Shown: piece after piece, positions 1 through 6,476 of the stretch
Numbering within the stretch: position 1 is the stretch's first letter
Layout of the letters: each line of letters starts with the position of its first letter
NCBI GenBank assembly: GCA_027068725.1
Contig: JAMOMD010000467.1
Span: 1 to 20,447 of the forward strand
DNA: 20,447 bases
From: Thermoproteales archaeon
GTDB lineage: Archaea; Thermoproteota; Thermoprotei; Thermoproteales; Thermocladiaceae
Direction of reading: 5' to 3'
Position numbers and translations under genes: made by a program
The notes under the pieces: model-generated
Seen by the model: the letters and a program-made list of their open reading frames with translations, nothing else
The model's database searches: none
Told to the model about the DNA's origin: nothing

Positions 1-9
1 GAATTTTGC

Positions 10-18
10 TTAAAAATA
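10..18 (+). promoter_or_regulatory. TATA-box-like element (TTAAAAATA) for the C/D box sRNA
   Basis: This A/T box lies about 23-31 nt upstream of the C box at 41. That spacing fits an archaeal TBP/TFB promoter placing the transcription start just before the C box. Confidence 0.5.
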
Positions 19-36
19 CGAGACTATTAAAACTAA

Positions 37-97
37 AAGGGTGATGATCTCCCTACTAGCTGAGTACTCCTTGATGAGAAGCCTCATTGCTGACTTC
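37..97 (+). ncRNA. C/D box sRNA (guide RNA for 2'-O-methylation)
   Basis: All four boxes are canonical and correctly spaced. C box GTGATGA is at 41-47, followed by a 12-nt guide TCTCCCTACTAG (48-59) and D' box CTGA (60-63). A 7-8 nt spacer leads to C' box TGATGA (72-77), a 12-nt guide GAAGCCTCATTG (78-89) and D box CTGA (90-93). A short terminal pairing is possible (G40-C94, G39-U95, A38-U96). The 12-nt box spacing is the archaeal rule. The exact ends are approximate. Confidence 0.75.
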
Positions 98-851
98 CAC
101 CTCCTGTAATTCCGGAAAATCTGTGCACTTTGAGCCACTGCACATACCATTCAGGTAATTTTTCGTACATATCCGTCAAGGGGTCTGGAACGCCAGCCTC
201 CATGAACGATCTTAATCGAGTTGTACAGGAAAAGCAAGTTCCACACGGTCTCTCTCCTCCCCTGTAGCAGCTCCAGGTCAACTCATACGGTACTCCAAGT
301 CTTACTCCTTCTCTAATTATGTCAGCTTTAGTCATATTCACGAAAGGAGCCCACACACAGATCTCCGCCTTCCTTTCTACCACCGCTGCGCTGCCTAGAG
401 CTACTGCCCTACTGACAGCCTCTACAAATTCTGGTCTTGTATCAGGATACCCCATTGTCTCATATCTGTGAACTGCAATACCGATCAGTCCACGAGAGTA
501 CCCACGCTCAAGTACTAGAGACTCAACCCATGCTGCTGCAAGTGCTATAAACACGAGATTTCGCTGAGGAACGTAGTCCCTGCTTACCTTAGATAGCTGT
601 ACTTCTACACCACCTTCGACAAGTCTTGATGCGTAAAACGCCCAGGATATTGACGATAAGTCAACTATCCTATGTTCAATAACTCCTGCAAGGGTACTCA
701 ACCTTTTAGCACACTCTACCTCCTTCCTGTGCTTTTGTCCATAAATTAGCGTTAATGCATAAACATCAGCATCAAGCTCCTTCTTAGCTTTCCAGAGTAA
801 AGTAGCCGAATCTAGGCCACCACTTAACAGAACTACACAACAAGTAGACAT
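84..851 (-). CDS. queC: 7-cyano-7-deazaguanine synthase QueC (archaeosine/queuosine precursor pathway)
   Basis: It has an N-terminal PP-loop, VVLLSGGLDSATLL. It also has a C-terminal Zn-binding cysteine cluster, WSCYRGGERPCGTCFSCTTRLRSF. Length is 255 aa. Confidence 0.85.
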   Translation of the reverse strand: MSTCCVVLLSGGLDSATLLWKAKKELDADVYALTLIYGQKHRKEVECAKRLSTLAGVIEHRIVDLSSISWAFYASRLVEGGVEVQLSKVSRDYVPQRNLVFIALAAAWVESLVLERGYSRGLIGIAVHRYETMGYPDTRPEFVEAVSRAVALGSAAVVERKAEICVWAPFVNMTKADIIREGVRLGVPYELTWSCYRGGERPCGTCFSCTTRLRSFMEAGVPDPLTDMYEKLPEWYVQWLKVHRFSGITGGGSQQ

Positions 852-902
852 TCCAAAAGAGTATGAGGACTGTACGGTAGAAGATTAGTCCAAGCCAGTA
901 CG

Positions 903-1310
903 TTACTTCTTCTTTTTCTTCTTCTTTTGCGCCTTCTTCTGTCTAATCTCTTCTCTCAGCTTCTCAGCCTCCTCCTTGGGCATGTTCCTGAGCTGTATGT
1001 AGAGTGGCTCAATCTTCTTTCCAAACTCAGGATCGTCGTATACGTGGACCTCTACCTTGCTCTTACCCCATCCAAACTCAGTGTATATGTGCCTGACAAA
1101 GACTCTGTTAACATCGACTCCAAGCATCTCAGCAACCTTCTGCCTGACCTCTAGTCTTGTCGGAGTTGGAAGACCAATGTGCCAGATCTCTATCATCAAC
1201 TCTCTTCTTCGTAGAAGCGGGTTCTTCCTGTCCTCAACTATCTTGTAGACTATCTTACCCGGCTCGATTCCTTCAGGTAGTACCTTAACTAAGCTCTCAG
1301 GTATGCTCAT
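903..1310 (-). CDS. rps24e: 30S ribosomal protein S24e (eS24)
   Basis: The NPLLRRRE motif and overall S24e pattern (ELMIEIWHIGLPTPTR...VFVRHIYTEFGWGKS) are present. The protein has a lysine-rich tail. It sits downstream of spt4, as in conserved archaeal gene strings. Confidence 0.9.
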   Translation of the reverse strand: MSIPESLVKVLPEGIEPGKIVYKIVEDRKNPLLRRRELMIEIWHIGLPTPTRLEVRQKVAEMLGVDVNRVFVRHIYTEFGWGKSKVEVHVYDDPEFGKKIEPLYIQLRNMPKEEAEKLREEIRQKKAQKKKKKKK

Positions 1311-1337
1311 GATAGCGTGTGTAGGAGGTCTAGTGAG

Positions 1338-1345
1338 TATTTAAA
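1338..1345 (-). promoter_or_regulatory. TATA box (TTTAAATA on the minus strand) for rps24e
   Basis: It lies about 28 nt upstream of the ATG at 1310, consistent with a leaderless or near-leaderless transcript. Confidence 0.5.
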
Positions 1346-1359
1346 CTTTGTGAGAGAAA

Positions 1360-1599
1360 CTATGGCACGTCTATTGCAAACATGCCCTTCCTATTTATGC
1401 CAAGCTTCTTTGCGAAACAGGACTTCTCTGGGTCTATTATTATTATGAGACCATACCACTCGTCTGAGAAGTCTTTACCTCCACAGACTGGGCATACTGG
1501 CTCGTTTTCAGGAACGATGGCTTTACAGTTTCTGCATGCCTTGTATCCGGGGAGTGCTCGTTTCCTGACTCTTCTTCTGCCAGTTGTTGACGATGACAT
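1360..1599 (-). CDS. spt4: Transcription elongation factor Spt4 / RNA polymerase subunit E''
   Basis: A zinc ribbon CRNC...CPVCG is followed by SDEWYGLIIIIDPEKSCFAKKLGI, the typical Spt4 NGN-binding pattern. It lies directly downstream of rpoE'. It carries an unusual basic N-terminal stretch of about 20 aa. Confidence 0.85.
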   Translation of the reverse strand: MSSSTTGRRRVRKRALPGYKACRNCKAIVPENEPVCPVCGGKDFSDEWYGLIIIIDPEKSCFAKKLGINRKGMFAIDVP

Positions 1600-1634
1600 T
1601 GTGCTGATGTAGTAAAGTGAGGGAGGTTATTAAC

Positions 1635-2234
1635 CTACTTGCCTGGCTTTGCAGGTGCCTTCTTCTTGAGTGCTTGAATGTCCTCCTCAATCCACTCTGG
1701 CTTGCCTAAGAATGGCTGTCTAGCCGTGAGTCCTATCCTGATTGTGAGTCCATGAGCAGTTAGTGCGTAGCTTACGCTTACTATGCGTACTCTAACAGTA
1801 TCTCCCTTGCTTAGCCTTCTCTTAGTCTTCTCTCCAATAAACGTGCCACTCATCTTGTCGTAATGTATGATGTTGTCATTCATCATCTGAGTCTTATGTA
1901 GTAGTCCTCTCACAGGCCCAATCCTGACGAAGGCTCCGTACTCCGTAGTCTCAACTACGTCTCCCTCAACGACCTCGTTGTTCAGGGGAGTGAACACGAG
2001 AACCTTCAGCCTAACTTTGTGATACGTTGCTCCATCACCAAACGTTATGATACCCTTCTTGCTGACCTCGAGAGAGAGAATTTTCACAAATACACCTATG
2101 TCACGCTCAATCTTGCCCTCATACTGTTCTCGAAGCTGCTCGTACGCAACCTTCTCAAGAGGCTCTCCAAATCTCGAAGGTGGAATCCTAACGTAGTCCT
2201 CAACTGTTAGTACACGCCACAAGGTTATCGCCAA
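1635..2234 (-). CDS. rpoE: DNA-directed RNA polymerase subunit E' (Rpo7)
   Basis: The N-terminal Rpo7 domain is present (VEDYVRIPPSRFGEPL...). So is an S1 domain (GDVVETTEYGAFVRIGPVRGLLH). The listed start at 2234 is a TTG codon, so the exact start is uncertain. Confidence 0.9.
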   Translation of the reverse strand: MAITLWRVLTVEDYVRIPPSRFGEPLEKVAYEQLREQYEGKIERDIGVFVKILSLEVSKKGIITFGDGATYHKVRLKVLVFTPLNNEVVEGDVVETTEYGAFVRIGPVRGLLHKTQMMNDNIIHYDKMSGTFIGEKTKRRLSKGDTVRVRIVSVSYALTAHGLTIRIGLTARQPFLGKPEWIEEDIQALKKKAPAKPGK

Positions 2235-2264
2235 GCAGTGACACGTAATAATGTACTTTTAAGC

Positions 2265-2684
2265 CTACTCCTCGAAAGTGAAGAATCTGCTTTTTCGAAG
2301 GTACATAACTCTTACTCCCGCAGATTCAAGCCTCTTCCTGAGCTCTAAATCACACGTAACCACTATTATGTTGTAGCCTCTTTCGGATAGTCTTCTAGCA
2401 ATGTCTAGTATAGCTTTGTCAGTCGGCTTATTCTCGTCATATGATATTATTGAGAACTTGTTAATGATAAGTCTTAGAGATAGTTCTGCTGCACGTGAAG
2501 TTGCTCGTTCTCTCTTTGTAGATAGTTCTTTAAGTTCTCTAATTGTGTTTGGTAAAATTATTGGAATGTGAGGTCCAACTGTCAGATATACTTGACGTAG
2601 TGTATCTACCTTTTCTTTGAATATTGCTAGTATAGAACTTGTGTCATATATTACGAGTGGAAGCTTCTCCTGCTTACGTGACAT
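2265..2684 (-). CDS. PIN-domain protein of the Fcf1/Utp24-like type (COG1412-like), candidate rRNA-processing nuclease
   Basis: PIN-like acidic positions are present (VIYDTSSI..., ...VVTCDLELR). It sits 4 nt downstream of aIF2-gamma and upstream of rpoE', the conserved archaeal context for this PIN family. Confidence 0.6.
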   Translation of the reverse strand: MSRKQEKLPLVIYDTSSILAIFKEKVDTLRQVYLTVGPHIPIILPNTIRELKELSTKRERATSRAAELSLRLIINKFSIISYDENKPTDKAILDIARRLSERGYNIIVVTCDLELRKRLESAGVRVMYLRKSRFFTFEE

Positions 2685-2688
2685 TAAG

Positions 2689-3924
2689 CTACTCGTAGAC
2701 TACAGTTCCTCCCTGTATTGTTCCATAGCCAACTATTCTCCATCTGTTCTCTACCTGCTTCGTCAGGACGACCTTAGCTCCCTGTTCAGCACAGATTGCT
2801 TTTCTTAGCGTCACAATGACTCGTCCATCCTTTCTCAGCTCCTTGACCATGCCTAGAACTGTGGCTGCACCAGCGTTCACCATGAGCACATCTCCCTTCT
2901 TTATCTGGTACTGCTTGTCCTTCCTGATCTGCTCGTAGTCTAGCTCTATCTCAGACCAGACTGGTGGTAGCTGGTTTGGATGACCCACGACACTGCCCAC
3001 GAGTGCGTCAGCTTTTGTCAGTGCAGGATCGAGCTTTGTGCCTATTCCTACTAGTGCTCCAGGTCTTGCGTAGTCTACGAACTCTTTACCTATGGATATT
3101 GAGACTACGACTGATCTTAGTGGAACATGTTTAGCACCTACCTTCAGTCCAGGTCTTATCTCAATCTCGTCCCCAACCCTTATTTCTCCTCGAACAAGTA
3201 CTCCTCCCAATACTCCTCCAACTAGGTTCTCTGGTGGAGTTCCAGGTTTGTTAACATTGAAACTCCTCAGTACATGCATTAGAGGTGGTCCTGGCGCGAA
3301 CTCTGTCTTCTTTGGAAAGTACTCGTGTATGAGCGTGGCAATTGCGTCTATGTTGACCTTGTGAAGTGCAGATGCTGGTACTATTGGCGAGTTCTCGGCC
3401 CAGGTTCCTTTCAGGAATTTCTTAATCTGCTGATAGTTCTCGATAGCCTTCTCCTTTGGCACAAGGTCTATCTTGTTCTGGACGACGATCATCTTCCTGA
3501 TGCCCATGATTGTTGCTGCAAGAAAGTGCTCCTCAGTCTGAGGCTGTGGACAAGGCATGGAAGCGTCAATTATCATTATTGCACCATCGACAAAGCCAAC
3601 TCCTGCAATCATTGTTGAGAGCAGAACCTCGTGACCTGGAACGTCGAGTATCGATATTTTCCTTATGAGACGGGGCTCAGACCCGTCAGGACATTTCCCA
3701 TCCTGTAGTAGGCCATCAGTGATGTAGCGAAACTCTCCTGATGGACACTCGTATACTCCAATTGTGACGTAGCCTAGCTTTATGGTCATTGCTCGCTTAA
3801 TCTCCTCGCTATGTCTCGCAACCCATACACCGCTAAGCGCCTGTACGAGTGTTGTCTTTCCATGATCGACGTGTCCTAGCGTTGTCAGTATCGTGTCTGG
3901 GTATACAATCTTCTCCTGAGACAT
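2689..3924 (-). CDS. eif2g: Translation initiation factor aIF2 gamma subunit
   Basis: GTPase motifs are G1 GHVDHGKTTL, G3 DVPGHE, G4 QNKID and G5 SALH. Domains II/III resemble EF-Tu. It aligns by eye along its whole length with Sulfolobus aIF2-gamma. Confidence 0.95.
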   Translation of the reverse strand: MSQEKIVYPDTILTTLGHVDHGKTTLVQALSGVWVARHSEEIKRAMTIKLGYVTIGVYECPSGEFRYITDGLLQDGKCPDGSEPRLIRKISILDVPGHEVLLSTMIAGVGFVDGAIMIIDASMPCPQPQTEEHFLAATIMGIRKMIVVQNKIDLVPKEKAIENYQQIKKFLKGTWAENSPIVPASALHKVNIDAIATLIHEYFPKKTEFAPGPPLMHVLRSFNVNKPGTPPENLVGGVLGGVLVRGEIRVGDEIEIRPGLKVGAKHVPLRSVVVSISIGKEFVDYARPGALVGIGTKLDPALTKADALVGSVVGHPNQLPPVWSEIELDYEQIRKDKQYQIKKGDVLMVNAGAATVLGMVKELRKDGRVIVTLRKAICAEQGAKVVLTKQVENRWRIVGYGTIQGGTVVYE

Positions 3925-3950
3925 TAGTCAGAATTAGGCGCAGTCAAGAG

Positions 3951-3960
3951 AAATTAAAAA
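3951..3960 (-). promoter_or_regulatory. TATA box (TTTTTAATTT on the minus strand) for the aIF2-gamma operon
   Basis: It lies about 27 nt upstream of the ATG at 3924. Confidence 0.5.
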
Positions 3961-3974
3961 TGCTTGCATGAGCA

Positions 3975-4325
3975 TCAGTCCTCGACACGTACTCTTCTAC
4001 TAATTTCGTCCAGAGTCTCCTCGTCTACGTTAAATGCAACTAAGTCAAACCTCCTATCATTAGCTACCCTGAGAGCTGCTGCTCGGCTTGGATCACTAAC
4101 AATACAGAAGGCAAGTCCCTGATCTGTCATGAAGTAGCCGTAGTACCTTCCTGGTGTGTATAGTCCAAGTATGCGGTATCTAACTCGAACGTTTCTAAAA
4201 GGAATAATCTCGACTATTGAGTTCAGCGGTATCCTGATGTATTTTCTAGGTCTCAGACATAGAATGCGCTCTAGTACTGAGAGCTCAATCAGTAGATTAT
4301 TATCCTCTAGTCTCACTTTCACCAT
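3975..4325 (-). CDS. Hypothetical 116-aa protein, possibly a bacterial-type PH-like (bPH) domain
   Basis: This is the only long ORF in the interval. The pattern RILGLYTPGRYYGYF...GLAFCIV...AAALRV......LVAFNVDEE resembles bPH-domain small proteins. No search was run. Confidence 0.4.
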   Translation of the reverse strand: MVKVRLEDNNLLIELSVLERILCLRPRKYIRIPLNSIVEIIPFRNVRVRYRILGLYTPGRYYGYFMTDQGLAFCIVSDPSRAAALRVANDRRFDLVAFNVDEETLDEISRRVRVED

Positions 4326-4338
4326 TCTGATTCTCTAT

Positions 4339-4623
4339 TTATGTTACATCTACGAGAGAACTAATTAGGCTGAAGGGATCGTCCGCAAGTCGTGTCTTGG
4401 CTTGTGCTTTTTCTAGTTCTTTAATCATGTGAGGAAGTACATTGAGTGCCTCTGTCACGGGAGAAGGTACTGGAAGTCCTAGAAGAGGACCGAGGATCAG
4501 GATTGTGAAGAGAAGCTCTTTTTCATGAAGTTCAGATTCTACATGTTCTCGAGCTATATCAGTTATGTAGTCTTTCAGTCCTTGAAATATTTCTTTTAGA
4601 AATCTCCTCAAGCTCCGTGTCAT
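4339..4623 (-). CDS. Hypothetical 94-aa protein translationally coupled to cstA (MTRSLRRFLKEIF...)
   Basis: Its ATG at 4621-4623 overlaps the cstA TGA at 4620-4622 as an ATGA. The upstream part of the 218-aa ORF call (4339..4995) lies inside cstA in another frame and is treated as spurious. A central hydrophobic segment LLFTILILGPLLGLPVP is present. Confidence 0.55.
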   Translation of the reverse strand: MTRSLRRFLKEIFQGLKDYITDIAREHVESELHEKELLFTILILGPLLGLPVPSPVTEALNVLPHMIKELEKAQAKTRLADDPFSLISSLVDVT

Positions 4624-6404
4624 TTCTCTACTCTGCTTTTCACGAAGAGAGCCATAAGTACTAAGTTGAGTGCTAGCGATACTCCAAGTATTATGCCTAC
4701 TATAACTCCTGTGATTACTCCCATTCCTCCAGATGCTACTATTGATGGGACGACGTAGGCCTCGTACCAGACTAGTGCAGAGGTCACGGTTATCCATAGG
4801 AATATTGCAGGCACTACTACTAGAAGTCTTGCTCCTGTGCTTCTGCAGATCCTGTATATCCACGCTGATATTACCATAAGTGCGAGACTTGCCAGTAGCT
4901 GGTTCATTCCTGAGAAGCTTGGCCATAGTATTAGGAATGAGCCATTCCACGCAAGTAGTAGACCTAGCAGGACTGCTATCAGTGATGCAAGCCACTTGTT
5001 CGATAGGGCATTCCTGATCTTTGGTGATCTTAGTCCAAGCATCAGCTCATGCCAGGAAAATCTTGCGAGTCTTGCAGCAGTGTCTAGTGAGGTTAGTGCA
5101 AATCCTGTTATCCATATTGTCGCAAATATTGTCATTGCCTTAATGTTGAGTCCAAATGCCTCGTGGACAGTCAGTGCGTATGATAATGGTATGACTTTCC
5201 ACTTTCCTAACGTCTTCAGCAGATACGCATACTTATCTGCAAATAGCTGTGGATTCGCGAGCATCTGCCTGATTAGGCTCTTCGTGGCTGGTGGAGCTAT
5301 CATGAGCATTGCCATGGGCACGAACGCTGCCATTGTTGCAACAACCATTGTTGCGAGAAAGCCCTCGCTTAACATGCCTCCATAAGCTACGAGTAGTGCA
5401 TCAAGCTCATTTGATAGCTGTTTTGACGTTGTTCCTGATGCTACAAGGCTATGAAATCCTGATAGTGCTCCACACGCGACTATGAGTGGTATACATGGCC
5501 AGAATGGAGTTGGCACGCCATGTATTATCCTTGGCATGAAGCTCGTGATTGCTGGAATCTCAGCTGGGTGCCATGCAACTACGGCAGCTGCACCACCTAT
5601 TATGAGGCTTGCCCATAGTATGAGAACGTTCGTGAAGTCTCTAGGCTGCAGCAGCAGCCACACGGGGAGGCTTGCAGCAATTATGCAGTATATGGCCAGT
5701 ATGAGCATCCATAGCTGACGTGTCGTGATGCCTATTGATGCGGCAATGCTCGTCATGAAGTGGCCGAACACGTCACCAAACATGTAGCCAAGTGCGACTG
5801 ATGCTATTACTGCCACTACTGCTAGTACTGTACCACCTGCAACTCCTAGTCTTGTCCTGTACATGACTGTGCCTACGAGCAGTGCAAATAGTATTAGCAC
5901 AATTGCTGCAAGACCACTGCCAGGAACACCTGTGAAGAATGCTGCTGTGACAGCGATGAATGCTGCAATTACTAGTATTAGCGCGAACCAGACGTAGAGA
6001 TTGAATATGTATGATGCCTTCCTGCCAAGTAGCTGACCAGCTATCCAGCTTATGCTTCTGCCCTCATGACGTACAGAAGCCATGAGGGACAAGTAGTCGT
6101 GCACTACTCCGATGAAGATGTTGCCAAACCATATCCAGAGCAGTGTTGGAAGCCAGCCCCAGGCAAGTGCAATTGCTGGCCCAACTATTGGTCCTGCACC
6201 TGCGATACTTGCAAAGTGGTGACCGTACAGTATTAGCTTTGATGTTGGTGTGTAATCAACACCATCGTACAGTCTATGTGCTGGAGTTATCTTGTCAGGA
6301 CTAGCCTCTACTATTCGTCTCTCTAGATACTTTCCATGAGTTAGGTAGGAAGCTACGTATATCAGGACTGCCAGTATTATGAACAGGCCTGTCGAGATTG
6401 GCAC
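4620..6404 (-). CDS. cstA: Carbon starvation protein CstA family transporter (peptide/pyruvate uptake family)
   Basis: This 594-aa polytopic membrane protein has the CstA N-terminal signature: TPAHRLYDGVDYTPTSKLILYGHHFASIAGAGPIVGPAIA. It uses a GTG start at 6404. Confidence 0.85.
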   Translation of the reverse strand: MPISTGLFIILAVLIYVASYLTHGKYLERRIVEASPDKITPAHRLYDGVDYTPTSKLILYGHHFASIAGAGPIVGPAIALAWGWLPTLLWIWFGNIFIGVVHDYLSLMASVRHEGRSISWIAGQLLGRKASYIFNLYVWFALILVIAAFIAVTAAFFTGVPGSGLAAIVLILFALLVGTVMYRTRLGVAGGTVLAVVAVIASVALGYMFGDVFGHFMTSIAASIGITTRQLWMLILAIYCIIAASLPVWLLLQPRDFTNVLILWASLIIGGAAAVVAWHPAEIPAITSFMPRIIHGVPTPFWPCIPLIVACGALSGFHSLVASGTTSKQLSNELDALLVAYGGMLSEGFLATMVVATMAAFVPMAMLMIAPPATKSLIRQMLANPQLFADKYAYLLKTLGKWKVIPLSYALTVHEAFGLNIKAMTIFATIWITGFALTSLDTAARLARFSWHELMLGLRSPKIRNALSNKWLASLIAVLLGLLLAWNGSFLILWPSFSGMNQLLASLALMVISAWIYRICRSTGARLLVVVPAIFLWITVTSALVWYEAYVVPSIVASGGMGVITGVIVGIILGVSLALNLVLMALFVKSRVEK

Positions 6405-6476
6405 GCCACAGTGACAATAATGGAATTAAAGGTATTACGCTCACTATTGAACAGACTTGTTCACTAGAGAATAATG

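Noticed and set aside
2265-2684. The PIN-domain gene as a VapC toxin of a toxin-antitoxin pair
   Set aside because: No small antitoxin gene precedes it. It sits 4 nt after aIF2-gamma and before rpoE', the conserved context of the housekeeping Fcf1-like PIN family.
4624-4995. The N-terminal 124 aa of the 218-aa minus-strand ORF call (4339..4995)
   Set aside because: This part lies entirely inside the well-supported cstA gene in a different frame. An in-frame ATG forms an ATGA overlap with the cstA stop, which gives a more plausible 94-aa gene.
927-5718. Other short opposite-strand ORFs (927..1154, 1057..1248, 1382..1612, 2019..2210, 2617..2808, 3092..3364, 3325..3618, 4156..4368, 4837..5385, 5482..5718)
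   Set aside because: Each is nested antisense within a recognisable conserved gene and has no motif support.
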